Shown: positions 34,556 through 44,133 of the stretch, one piece after another | Numbering within the stretch: the first letter of the stretch is position 1 | Layout: each line of letters begins with the position of its first letter | The notes under the pieces: generated by a model | The model's database searches: none | The model's input: the letters and a program-made list of their open reading frames with translations, nothing else | Told to the model about the DNA's origin: nothing | IMG/VR virus record: IMGVR_UViG_3300044640_001495 | Coordinates: 1-64,000 of that record | DNA length: 64,000 nt | Reading direction: 5' to 3' (one strand) | Position numbers and translations under genes: made by a program

Positions 34556-36457
34556 ATGTCTAAGATCATCGGTATCGATTTAGGTACCACAAACTCATGT
34601 GTAGCTGTTATTGAAAACGGCATCCCCAAAGTAATTGAAAATGCAGAAGGTGCTAGAACAACACCTTCAATCGTTGCCTACGGCAAAGATGAAATTCTCG
34701 TAGGTGCTTCAGCAAAACGTCAATCAGTTACTAACCCCAAAAATACAATCTATGCTTCAAAGCGTTTGATTGGACGCAAGTTTAAAGAGGAAGCTGTTCA
34801 AAAGGACATCAACCTTATGCCCTACGAAATCATGGAAGCCAAGAATGGCGATGCATGGGTTCGTGCTAATGGTCAAGAGTTGGCGCCTCCACAAATCTCA
34901 GCAGAAGTTTTGCGTAAGATGAAAAAGACAGCGGAGGATTATCTAGGTCATGAAGTTACTCAAGCAGTTATCACAGTTCCTGCGTACTTTAACGACAGCC
35001 AAAGACAAGCTACTAAAGACGCTGGACAAATCGCAGGCCTGGAGGTACTCCGTATTATTAACGAGCCTACTGCGGCAGCTCTTGCTTATGGCGTTGATAA
35101 AGCTGATAAAAGAGATAGGAAAATTGCTGTTTACGATCTTGGTGGCGGTACATTCGATGTTTCGATCATCGAAATAGCCAACGTAGATGGAGACAAGCAG
35201 ATCGAAGTATTGAGCACAAACGGCGATACATTCCTTGGCGGTGAAGACTTTGACCAACGTATTATGGATTACTTGGTTGAAGAATTCCGCAAGGATCAAG
35301 GTGTTGATCTAACCAAAGATGTACTTGCTCTACAGCGTTTAAAAGAATCTGCTGAGAAGGCAAAAATTGAATTGTCTAGCTCTGCAAGCACAAGTGTTAA
35401 TTTGCCATACATCACAGCAGACGCAAGTGGCCCTAAGCACATGAATATCACTATTAGCCGTAGCAAGTTAGAACAGCTTGTTGACGAGTTAATCACTCGC
35501 TCAATTGAGCCATGTAAAGTTGCCATGAAAGATGCAGGTGTCACAGCCGCTGACATCGATGAAGTTATTCTTGTTGGTGGTATGACACGTATGCCAAAGG
35601 TACAAGAAGCCGTTGAAAAATTATTTGGCAAGGCACCACGTAAGGATGTTAATCCAGACGAAGCTGTTGCCGCAGGTGCCGCAGTACAAGGTGCTGTTCT
35701 CGGTGGCGATCGTACTGATGTGTTGTTGCTAGATGTGACTCCACTGAGTTTGGGTATTGAAACAATGGGCGGTGTGTTTGCAAAGGTTATTCAAAAGAAC
35801 ACAACCATTCCGACTAAGGGACAGCAGACATTCTCAACAGCAGAAGACAATCAACCTGCGGTGACTATCAAGGTATTCCAAGGTGAGCGTGATCTAGTAC
35901 AATACAACAAATTGCTAGGTGAATTCAATCTTGAAGGTATTCAACCGCAACGTCGTGGACAGCCGCAAATCGAAGTTACATTTGATATTGATGCTAACGG
36001 TATCATGAATATCTCGGCCAAGGACAAGAGCACAGGCAAAGAAAACAAGATCACTATTAAATCAGATAGCGGTCTAAGCAAAGAAGAAATTGAACGCATG
36101 GTACGTGAAGCTGAAGAAAATGCAGAGAGTGATCAAAAAGCTCGAACATTAATTGATGCTCGCAACCAAGCTGAAGCAACTGTACATGAAGTTAAAAAAG
36201 ATCTTGAAGAATTTAAAGATGAATTAACTGATACAGAAAAGACAGAAATCGAGACAGCAGTTAAATCAGTCGAAGACGCTATGAAAGAAGATGACGCTGA
36301 TAAAATTAAAGCTGAACTCGAAAAAGTTTTTCCGGCAATGAAAACATTGTTGGAGAAAAAGCAGGCCAAGGAACAGGCAGCTCAGGCGCCTCAACCAGAA
36401 GCCAAAGCAGATGACAATGTGGTAGACGCTACGTTTACAGAAACTAAGTCTAGCTAA
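34556..36457 (+). CDS. dnaK: Hsp70 chaperone DnaK
   Basis: [26 protein letters not shown] and VTFDIDANG motifs. Confidence 0.98.
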   Translation: MSKIIGIDLGTTNSCVAVIENGIPKVIENAEGARTTPSIVAYGKDEILVGASAKRQSVTNPKNTIYASKRLIGRKFKEEAVQKDINLMPYEIMEAKNGDAWVRANGQELAPPQISAEVLRKMKKTAEDYLGHEVTQAVITVPAYFNDSQRQATKDAGQIAGLEVLRIINEPTAAALAYGVDKADKRDRKIAVYDLGGGTFDVSIIEIANVDGDKQIEVLSTNGDTFLGGEDFDQRIMDYLVEEFRKDQGVDLTKDVLALQRLKESAEKAKIELSSSASTSVNLPYITADASGPKHMNITISRSKLEQLVDELITRSIEPCKVAMKDAGVTAADIDEVILVGGMTRMPKVQEAVEKLFGKAPRKDVNPDEAVAAGAAVQGAVLGGDRTDVLLLDVTPLSLGIETMGGVFAKVIQKNTTIPTKGQQTFSTAEDNQPAVTIKVFQGERDLVQYNKLLGEFNLEGIQPQRRGQPQIEVTFDIDANGIMNISAKDKSTGKENKITIKSDSGLSKEEIERMVREAEENAESDQKARTLIDARNQAEATVHEVKKDLEEFKDELTDTEKTEIETAVKSVEDAMKEDDADKIKAELEKVFPAMKTLLEKKQAKEQAAQAPQPEAKADDNVVDATFTETKSS

Positions 36458-36513
36458 TTGTCTTGGGGGCACCTTCGGGGTCCCCATTGTTCTTACTTTA
36501 TAAGGAGACTATT

Positions 36514-36960
36514 ATGAACAATAACGCATTACAAAGAATTGAAGCTATTAATAGAGCACTGATTGGTTTTGACACCATGTTCGACCAAATGGAACGTAGA
36601 TTTTCCAACAGTGTGTCCAACAACTATCCTCCGCACAATATACTCAAGACTGGTGAGAATCAGTATGAGATTCAAATTGCTGTGACAGGATTTGAAAAAT
36701 CGGAAATTTCCGTAACTGTAGAAGCTAATGTGCTTACAGTAAAAGGCGAAGGAGCAGAATCTGTTCGCCATGAGAATCCGGAAATTGTTTACTTGCATCG
36801 TGGTCTAGCCACCCGCGACTTTGTTCGTGAGTTTCCACTTGCTGAACACATGGAAGTTGCAGGTGCAGAAATCCGCAATGGCATGCTGATTGTGAAATTG
36901 ATCCGCAATATTCCCGAGTCTGAAAAGCCACGTGTGATTGACATTGTGGAAGTTAAATAA
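36514..36960 (+). CDS. ibpA: small heat-shock protein (Hsp20/IbpA-like)
   Basis: NYPPHNI, AVTGF, YLHRGLA.R.F and NGML motifs; AAGGAG RBS places the start at 36514. Confidence 0.9.
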   Translation: MNNNALQRIEAINRALIGFDTMFDQMERRFSNSVSNNYPPHNILKTGENQYEIQIAVTGFEKSEISVTVEANVLTVKGEGAESVRHENPEIVYLHRGLATRDFVREFPLAEHMEVAGAEIRNGMLIVKLIRNIPESEKPRVIDIVEVK

Positions 36961-37001
36961 TCAATCAATGGGGGAGAAATCCCCCAGTTGGAGAAATAAA
37001 A

Positions 37002-37304
37002 ATGACCACTGAAATTCAAATAGAAGAAAAAATTATAACAAGTTTACAGCCACCTAAAATGTGGAAAGTAATCGTGCTCAACGATGAAAAGACTCCTATG
37101 GAGTTTGTGATAGAATTGTTAACTGACATATTTAAACACAGTGTAAGTGCAGCCAAAGATATCACTCTGGAAATACATAATTCTGGCAGTGCTGTGGCAG
37201 GAGTCTACACTCATGAGATTGCCGAGACCAAAGGCATAGAATCAACTCAACTGGCTCGAAGTAATGGGTTTCCATTGCGCATCACACTAGAACAAGAAGA
37301 ATGA
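37002..37304 (+). CDS. clpS: ClpS N-end-rule adaptor
   Basis: PKMWKVIVLNDEKTPMEFV, EIHNSG.AVAG.Y..EIAETK and FPLR. Confidence 0.92.
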   Translation: MTTEIQIEEKIITSLQPPKMWKVIVLNDEKTPMEFVIELLTDIFKHSVSAAKDITLEIHNSGSAVAGVYTHEIAETKGIESTQLARSNGFPLRITLEQEE

Positions 37305-37561
37305 CCTTTGACGATGTGCGATTAATCAAACATCAATTTACAGGGGCACGTAGATTCGGTTATTGGGTTCATTTTAGAGATCAGCGTCCCAGTTCTCAAG
37401 CCAGTGGCAAGTCCGGCAAACTAAGTATAATACGATTTGTAGAATCAGCTTTTGGTCCATTGGGAACACGTTGGCAGTATCAAAGATTCAATGTCAACGA
37501 TTATATTCTCAAGCTCAACAGTGAACAGGATCTTGTGATGCTGATACTACGTTTCAGATAA
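37301..37561 (+). CDS. hypothetical protein (member of the short paralog family)
   Basis: C-terminal LNSEQDLVMLILRF. Confidence 0.6.
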   Translation: MTFDDVRLIKHQFTGARRFGYWVHFRDQRPSSQASGKSGKLSIIRFVESAFGPLGTRWQYQRFNVNDYILKLNSEQDLVMLILRFR

Positions 37562-37574
37562 TTACGGAGTCATA

Positions 37575-38126
37575 ATGAGCCTAAGAGAATTAACCAAAGA
37601 CAATCACACCAATGCAGAAAGACAGGAGTTTGTAAAAATACTGTTTTCAGGAACCATAGATCCCAAACTGTACGCTACATATCTCTACAATCAATTTCCT
37701 ATGTATGAGCTGTTAGAAGTATGTGCCATGCCGCATGGACTGCTGTCTGACATGCCAGGAATCTTACGGGCCAAGGCCATTAGAGCTGACTTTGAGGAAT
37801 TATGGGGATCAGACGAAGAAGATAGACCCAAAATGTGTGCAGTGGTAAAAGAGTATATGGATCATATTATGAAAATTAAAGATGATCCTAAATTGCTAAT
37901 GGCACACCTTTATGTACGACACATGGGCGATCTAGCTGGCGGACAAATGATTGCCAAAAAGGTGCCCGGGGCTGGCAAGTACTATCAATTTGAAGATGCC
38001 GATAGTCTAAAAGCAGCAGTTCGTTTAAAAATCGACGACAGCATGGCCGACGAAGCAAAAGTCTGTTTTGATTTTGCTACACAATTTTTTAAAGAGATGA
38101 TGGAAATTGCAAACATCAACAAGTAA
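37575..38126 (+). CDS. hemO: heme oxygenase
   Basis: LRELTKDNH.NAE (proximal His) and AHLYVRHMGDLAGGQ. Confidence 0.92.
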   Translation: MSLRELTKDNHTNAERQEFVKILFSGTIDPKLYATYLYNQFPMYELLEVCAMPHGLLSDMPGILRAKAIRADFEELWGSDEEDRPKMCAVVKEYMDHIMKIKDDPKLLMAHLYVRHMGDLAGGQMIAKKVPGAGKYYQFEDADSLKAAVRLKIDDSMADEAKVCFDFATQFFKEMMEIANINK

Positions 38127-38799
38127 AGTCTGGCAAACACTCATTGAAGTGCAAGAGCTGTTTATTGAACAGTTCAACAAAACCGGAAAGGAAGTATATG
38201 AAACGGGTATGGATCGCTTCAACAGCCCTGGTTGGGTTAATCGTGTTTGGACCAGTAGCAGTTATCGTAGGGCTCACGTTGATGTTGTGGATGCTAGAGA
38301 AACCAAAGGACTCTGGATGATGCACTGTTGCATCTTCCCGCATACACATAATCCTGCACCGATCTTTGGATTCGATGTAATTGCAGGCAAGAACAAGATC
38401 ACCGGGTGTTTCTATGATTACTCAGCTGCCGGCGATAAAGAACATGCTATGATGGATTGGTTTGCAGAAGAAGCACAAAAGCTAGAGTGGAATAAAACTC
38501 GCAAACTGCCAGATTGGGCAGAACGTATCTTTAGCCCTAGTATGGTAGCTGCTGGGAACGTTAGCGATGAAGAAGAACTAGCACAGATTATTGCCATGGC
38601 AAAAGAGGGCATACAGCACTATTTGAGCACGGTAGCAGAAACCAATAATACAGCTAACGATACTACAGAGGCACAGAACTACTACTGCGAAAATCAAAAG
38701 CAGAACCCGCATACACCACGTGTAATGGTTAGTTTAGGGCTTTCAGAAGAGGACGTTAAACATTTTATTCAAGAATGCCTGTTCCCTGAAATCAGCTAA
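38107..38799 (+). CDS. pcyX: ferredoxin-dependent bilin reductase, PcyX/PcyA type
   Basis: HVDVV (Asp where PcyA has Glu76), MMHCCIFP, PIFGFDV, LPDWA..IFS and QNPHT. Confidence 0.8.
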   Translation: MQTSTSKVWQTLIEVQELFIEQFNKTGKEVYETGMDRFNSPGWVNRVWTSSSYRRAHVDVVDARETKGLWMMHCCIFPHTHNPAPIFGFDVIAGKNKITGCFYDYSAAGDKEHAMMDWFAEEAQKLEWNKTRKLPDWAERIFSPSMVAAGNVSDEEELAQIIAMAKEGIQHYLSTVAETNNTANDTTEAQNYYCENQKQNPHTPRVMVSLGLSEEDVKHFIQECLFPEIS

Positions 38800-38808
38800 A
38801 TATTAGCT

Positions 38809-40233
38809 ATGAGAGCATTTGAAATAATTACAGAATCAGAAGGCGGGATTATCCGTCGTGCCCAAGAGGTTAGTCAGGGCAAAACTATCACGTTTGCTAA
38901 AGATGGTAAAAAAATTAACCTAGTTAGCACAACAGTTATTCCTGAAACTGAATTGAGATATGAAGTTCAAACTGATCTCGAACAAGGTTTAAAAGATGCT
39001 CTTGCAGCACTGGGCAATCCCACAGTATATTATTACAGTAAAGTGCAGGGAAAATCCGGAGCAGCATTAATTACCCTATGGGAAGACGAAAACAAGAAAT
39101 CAATTGCGTTCGTTAAATTTACTAATACAAAAAAAGCCGGAGCATTTCCAATTGCATGGACAAATGCAGATTTTGGAAGAGATACTGGCTACACACAAAC
39201 TGATAATAAAATTGCAGAACGTGCGCAGTTTGATATTAAACCCAACAAGTTGTTTGCTACAGACATTGATATTCCTGTTGCAACACTGCCTAAGCAGATT
39301 AAACAAAAAGAAGATCTATCTCCAGAGATTAATCAACAGATTAGTCAACTGTTGACAAATGTACTAACCAACTCAACAACTCCAGTTCCGGGTGCTGATC
39401 AATATATGACAACCTATGAAGTTGATCTTGGTGAAAGTGCAGCACCAATTGCACTAGTCACCGGTAATTTTGTCACCGGTAGTTATAGAGAAGCTGAAGC
39501 AGCATTATTAACTCCTATTGGGCTAACTTGGAACGGTATTAAATCTGTACTGTTTCCAGGCGGTGGATCAAATTTATTATACGACAGTTATCTAAGACTG
39601 AACAAAACTACTTCTTTAAAAGTAAGTAGCAAAGATAAAAAAGGTGGTGCTGCTGCCGCAGTCACAGGGCTATTAAAAGATATTCAAGAAAATCCAGAAC
39701 GTTTTTCAGAAGTCACAGACAAGCCCAACTATCAAGAGATTTTAAAAATTATTAACGTAATTGCATCTAACTCTGCAATTACAGGTCCATTAGAATTAGC
39801 AGTAAAATTTGGCTTTATTGACAGTACTGATGCGGCCAATGTCCAACAGAATTTAGGCCAGGCAATTAAATATAATCCGCAACTACCGTGGGCAACTACT
39901 CCCGGAGTACAGTCGGCATTTAAAAGAAAAGGTGCAAAGTTTGAAGACCCTGCATATGATATGGGATATCACGCATTGGCAGGTATCGCTGAACTAGTAG
40001 CAGATCATTTGAACAAGATGCCAGGTATGAGCGATTTCTTTAAAGCCGTACTTGAGAGATCAACAATGATCCAGGTAAAATCTAGAATTGCCAAAGGTAG
40101 TGGTGGCGCATTCTTTAACTCTTTCCAGGTCATTTATCCGCCAGTGTTCGACGGCATTATCAAAGTGGTCGCTGGCAACAACTACATGTCTACTCGTAGA
40201 CCAGTTGGCAAAATTAGTTTTAAAATCCCCTAA
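38809..40233 (+). CDS. large hypothetical protein, possibly capsid-internal; possible PD-(D/E)XK-like core
   Basis: MRAFEIITE N-terminus; YDSYL...KVSSK segment. Confidence 0.55.
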   Translation: MRAFEIITESEGGIIRRAQEVSQGKTITFAKDGKKINLVSTTVIPETELRYEVQTDLEQGLKDALAALGNPTVYYYSKVQGKSGAALITLWEDENKKSIAFVKFTNTKKAGAFPIAWTNADFGRDTGYTQTDNKIAERAQFDIKPNKLFATDIDIPVATLPKQIKQKEDLSPEINQQISQLLTNVLTNSTTPVPGADQYMTTYEVDLGESAAPIALVTGNFVTGSYREAEAALLTPIGLTWNGIKSVLFPGGGSNLLYDSYLRLNKTTSLKVSSKDKKGGAAAAVTGLLKDIQENPERFSEVTDKPNYQEILKIINVIASNSAITGPLELAVKFGFIDSTDAANVQQNLGQAIKYNPQLPWATTPGVQSAFKRKGAKFEDPAYDMGYHALAGIAELVADHLNKMPGMSDFFKAVLERSTMIQVKSRIAKGSGGAFFNSFQVIYPPVFDGIIKVVAGNNYMSTRRPVGKISFKIP

Positions 40234-40304
40234 GTAAACTAGTATTTTAATATAATCGGTTTTTGCTCTAAATATACATAACAAGTATAACCGGGAGCGA
40301 ATCG

Positions 40305-40787
40305 ATGGTTAAGTTTATAATAGCCACCATATTAATGGCTACAGCATCAGTAGTCAATGGTGCAGAATTACAACACAATTTTAATAGTCCATCCTTTTCA
40401 GGGATTGGATATAGTTCTCACGTTCTAACACTCTATCAATTAGAGACACAGGCCAGAGACAAAAATAAAGCAGCAGCTGATGCTCTTAAAGCAAAGGCAG
40501 AGAGTGATGCATTAAACACTCCGCAGGCTAAGTTTCAAGCAAACTTAGAAAGTCGTATCTATTCACAGTTGGCCAAGCAGATTACAGATAGTTTGTTTGG
40601 TGTTAACGGTGTTCCAGTGTGTACTGCTAACAGTGCAGGTAATTGCGGACAAATGGAAGTTGCCGGTAATAACATCACCTGGAAAGTAGAAGGTACATTT
40701 ATTATTGTTAGAATTGAAAATGTATTAGATCCAAGACAATTTACAGAAATGAAGGTGCCAAGTGGCACATTTGGATTTGGAGGATAA
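40305..40787 (+). CDS. csgF: curli assembly protein CsgF-like
   Basis: Signal peptide then AELQHNFNSPSFSG.G...Q motif; LESRIYSQLAKQI..SLFG. Confidence 0.8.
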   Translation: MVKFIIATILMATASVVNGAELQHNFNSPSFSGIGYSSHVLTLYQLETQARDKNKAAADALKAKAESDALNTPQAKFQANLESRIYSQLAKQITDSLFGVNGVPVCTANSAGNCGQMEVAGNNITWKVEGTFIIVRIENVLDPRQFTEMKVPSGTFGFGG

Positions 40788-40790
40788 TAC

Positions 40791-42026
40791 ATGAAACAAA
40801 CACTATTATCCCTGGCCGTTGTAGCAGTATTGAGTGGGTGCGCATCAAGTTCGGCTATCAAAGAAAAAATAACTGGAAACCAGTTTGACGAACCGAAAGT
40901 CGAGTCTAGTAAATTTCTAAAGAAAGACTCTAATAAATTACAACCACCAGAAGGCGGACCGTTAACAGTGGCAGTGTATGGATTTAGAGATCTAACAGGG
41001 CAACGTAAAAGCCAGCCACTGATTGCGTCATTAAGTTCAGCTGTTACACAAGGTGCTGAAAACTATCTAATCAAGGCCCTACAGGATGTAGGTGATCAAC
41101 GCTGGTTCACAGTACTAGAACGTGTTGGCCTAGAGAACTTGATCAAAGAACGTCAAATGATTCGTCAAATGCGTGAGCAATACCAAGGCCGTGATGCCAA
41201 GATGTTGCCCCCAATGATGTTTGCCGGGATCATCATGGAAGGTGGCATTGTTGGCTACGATAGCAATACACTAACAGGCGGTAGTGGAGTAAGACTGTTT
41301 GGTATTGGGGCAAGCACACAATACCAATCAGACACTGTGACAGTTACCTTAAGAACAGTGAGCGTGTCTACAGGCGAAATTTTAACAACTGTGACAGTAA
41401 CTAAAACAGTGTTAAGTTATATGGACAAAGTGACATTATTGCGATTTGTTGGAGATGGCACAACTTTAGGTGCAAATGCAAATGCATTAGAGGGTGAGAT
41501 CGGCGGCAGCATAAATGAAAGTATCAACAAGGCAATCGACGTAGCTGTACAGGCAGCAGTGATTCAAACTATTAATGAAGGTGCTCGTAAAGGACACTGG
41601 GCATTTAAAAGCAATAAAGTAAGTTCTCCGGTTGCCGTTATTCCGGCGATACCTGCACCAGTAGTAATACCTGCACCAGTAGTAATACCTGCACCAGTAG
41701 TAATATCAGTACCAGTAGTAGAGGAGAAGAAAGATGTCGTGGTTCAATCACAAGCCAAACCCGAAACCAAAACCGAAGCCGTATCCAGTGCCCCCGCAGA
41801 AATAAAGAAAGAAGTTGTACCGGTTGAAAAACTTTCAGGTGAGATGATTTTAAAGGAAGCTTCTTACATTTATAAAGAGCCCGACCTAACAAGTCAAAAA
41901 ACTTGGCAGTTTAAGAAAGGTGCTTTAGTTACAATTATAGGACAAGAGGGTGATTGGGTAGCAGTCAGTGACTCACAAAAACGAAAAGGATTTGTTAATA
42001 AGGATGTACTGGTTAACAAACCTTAA
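40791..42026 (+). CDS. csgG: curli secretion channel CsgG-like lipoprotein with C-terminal Pro/Val linker and SH3-like domain
   Basis: LSG-C lipobox; VAVYGFRDLTGQRK, SSAVTQGA, LERVGLENLIKERQMIR, EGGIVGYD and VTVTLRTVSV.TGEI. Confidence 0.9.
   Translation: MKQTLLSLAVVAVLSGCASSSAIKEKITGNQFDEPKVESSKFLKKDSNKLQPPEGGPLTVAVYGFRDLTGQRKSQPLIASLSSAVTQGAENYLIKALQDVGDQRWFTVLERVGLENLIKERQMIRQMREQYQGRDAKMLPPMMFAGIIMEGGIVGYDSNTLTGGSGVRLFGIGASTQYQSDTVTVTLRTVSVSTGEILTTVTVTKTVLSYMDKVTLLRFVGDGTTLGANANALEGEIGGSINESINKAIDVAVQAAVIQTINEGARKGHWAFKSNKVSSPVAVIPAIPAPVVIPAPVVIPAPVVISVPVVEEKKDVVVQSQAKPETKTEAVSSAPAEIKKEVVPVEKLSGEMILKEASYIYKEPDLTSQKTWQFKKGALVTIIGQEGDWVAVSDSQKRKGFVNKDVLVNKP
41649..41720 (+). repeat. 18-bp coding tandem repeat (IPAPVV x3 plus one degenerate unit)
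   Basis: atacctgcaccagtagta x3, then atatcagtaccagtagta. Confidence 0.9.
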
Positions 42027-42029
42027 TGG

Positions 42030-42077
42030 TGTTGGAATTTTAACATGTTGAAATTTTAACATGTTGAAATTTTAACA
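42030..42077 (+). repeat. three tandem 16-bp quasi-palindromes TGTT-N8-AACA
   Basis: tgttggaattttaaca, tgttgaaattttaaca, tgttgaaattttaaca in the csgG-curlin intergenic region. Confidence 0.92.
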
Positions 42078-42220
42078 GCGGCATTTAATTTCTAGAGTAC
42101 AGAGATTAAATAAAATTACAAGAAGTAAGTCTACGGAGAGGAGTAGATTAGAGAAGTGGTATAATTATAGGTCAATGACCAGGAACTTGTCAGCAAACAA
42201 TAAACTGACATTTTAAAAAA

Positions 42221-43036
42221 ATGAAACAAACAATGACAGGCGGTTGTGGGTTGTCGAGAAAATTACTCACAGTGATGCTGATGAGCTTTGCCACCATAAG
42301 TGGTGCTCAGACAGCAACAGGTCCTAACAAGGTTTATATCGAACAAGTGGGTAGTAGCAATACTATCACAATTGAACAAGTTGGCGGGACTAACAATGTT
42401 GGCGGCGTTACTACAACTGTAGCAACGACAGTAGCAGGAACAGGTATTACTACACTGACTCCAGACGCACCGAGTGCTACTAACTATGGAACTATTACCG
42501 GAAGCACAAACATAGTTGACATTACACAAACAGGAAATGCTAACAGTAGCCAATACAATATTCGTGGAAGTAATAACAGCTACACTACTAATATGTTAGG
42601 CAATGGTAATCAAACTAGATTAACTATTGGCAATACCAACAACGCTACAAACAGCCAAAACGTTATTACAGAACAAATTATCGGTAATAACAATATGATT
42701 CTACAAGATCTAGTTGGTAGCAATATTACTACTAACACAGTTTTGGATGGAGATAATAACCAAGTTACTAGTAGTTTGTTAAGCAGCAGAGGTAGTGTAT
42801 CAAATGTAGCTAATGGAAACGCTAACGTGTTCAACATCCAGCAATTAGATGCAGCGGGTGCTAACGGACATGTTCTTGCTATGATGACCACAGGCGACTA
42901 CAACAGCATCACCACACAGCAACAAGGCACCAACGATACCACAGTTAATATACAAACACAGGGTAGCAACAACACTATCACAGTTCGTACAAGTAGTTCA
43001 GCTATTGTATCTCCAGCCACAGCGATTGCGAGATAA
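42221..43036 (+). CDS. curlin-repeat protein (CsgA/CsgB-like)
   Basis: Signal peptide; repeated x-Q-x-G-x-x-N units (IEQVGSSN, ITQTGNAN, QQQGTND, QTQGSNN); Asn/Thr/Gly-rich. Confidence 0.8.
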   Translation: MKQTMTGGCGLSRKLLTVMLMSFATISGAQTATGPNKVYIEQVGSSNTITIEQVGGTNNVGGVTTTVATTVAGTGITTLTPDAPSATNYGTITGSTNIVDITQTGNANSSQYNIRGSNNSYTTNMLGNGNQTRLTIGNTNNATNSQNVITEQIIGNNNMILQDLVGSNITTNTVLDGDNNQVTSSLLSSRGSVSNVANGNANVFNIQQLDAAGANGHVLAMMTTGDYNSITTQQQGTNDTTVNIQTQGSNNTITVRTSSSAIVSPATAIAR

Positions 43037-43038
43037 TT

Positions 43039-44133
43039 ATGCGTGTCTTGTTGTTAGCCCTACTGCTAACAGTGGCCAGCCCTTCTTGGGCTGGCATTGG
43101 CACGGTTTCAGAAAACAAAGGCACAGCCTGTGAAGTTGAACGCAATAAGAAAAAGATGTCAGGAGTTAAGGGTGCTGAAATTGAAAGCATGGACACTTAT
43201 ACAACCGGTGCTTGTGTAAGTAATATAACATTCAAAGATGATACCAAAGTCAAAGTTACAGAAAACAGCAGATTGCTTATCGACGATTTTGTTTTCGATC
43301 CTAAGAAATCAGATGCAGGCAAGCTCGCGCTCAAAGTTGGTATGGGCACTGTCCGATACGCTAGCGGACAAATTGCTAAAAATAATCCGCAACAGGTAAA
43401 CATCAAAACTCCAACAGCTACAGTAGCAGTGCGTGGCACTGATTTCACTATGACTGTGGATGAAACTGGGCAAAGTCTTATCATGCTGGTTCCTAGTTGT
43501 AAAGACGAAAAAGACGTTAAACAATTTGAACTAGATGAACAACGATGTAAGGTTGGCAGTATCACAGTGACTACAGGCATTGGATCAGTGACCTTAGACA
43601 AGGCATTCGAAGCTACCTATGTCACCAGTGCTTCAATGATGCCAACTTCCCCAGTTATTGTCAATACCGTTGAAGGCAAGATAGGTAATAACTTAATCAT
43701 TGTTAAGCCTCAAGAAGTCTTGCAGGCAATTAAAGATGCCGGCAGATCAAAACGTGATACTGAATTAGAAGAACTCGAGGCAGACGCCCAACGACAAATA
43801 GCTATGCGTGTTGAAAAAGCCAACGAAAAAAGCGACCCTGTACTATTGCCAGATACATTTTCTGATGGTAAGAAAGGATGTAATCCAAGTACTACTGTTT
43901 GCGTGGCATGGGAAAAGAACGACTCTCCTGATATACAAAGTAAAGGCAAAGGTACAGCCTATAGAAGTAATACAGATCATTATGCTGAAGTTAAAACCAC
44001 AGGCTATGATTCAAACACATTTGTGTCTATAAGCCACAATGATCAATATGCGTTTACGTTTGTTGGTAGCGGAGATCCAGGCGGTAATGTAGTAAACATT
44101 GTACAAAAGACTGGAGTGTTAAGACGTCCATGA
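43039..44133 (+). CDS. FecR-domain exported protein
   Basis: Signal peptide; ITFKDDTKVKVTENSRLLIDDF, GTVRYASG and IKTPTATVAVRGTDF. Confidence 0.85.
   Translation: MRVLLLALLLTVASPSWAGIGTVSENKGTACEVERNKKKMSGVKGAEIESMDTYTTGACVSNITFKDDTKVKVTENSRLLIDDFVFDPKKSDAGKLALKVGMGTVRYASGQIAKNNPQQVNIKTPTATVAVRGTDFTMTVDETGQSLIMLVPSCKDEKDVKQFELDEQRCKVGSITVTTGIGSVTLDKAFEATYVTSASMMPTSPVIVNTVEGKIGNNLIIVKPQEVLQAIKDAGRSKRDTELEELEADAQRQIAMRVEKANEKSDPVLLPDTFSDGKKGCNPSTTVCVAWEKNDSPDIQSKGKGTAYRSNTDHYAEVKTTGYDSNTFVSISHNDQYAFTFVGSGDPGGNVVNIVQKTGVLRRP

Noticed and set aside
38107-38799. Cyanophage PebS or PcyA, implying a cyanobacterial host
   Set aside because: Asp rather than Glu at the PcyA Glu76 position, residue spacing that fits PcyX, and no psbA, hli, cpeT or petF genes in the window.
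42030-42077. CRISPR mini-array
   Set aside because: The 16-bp units are directly adjacent with no spacers, and no cas operon is present.
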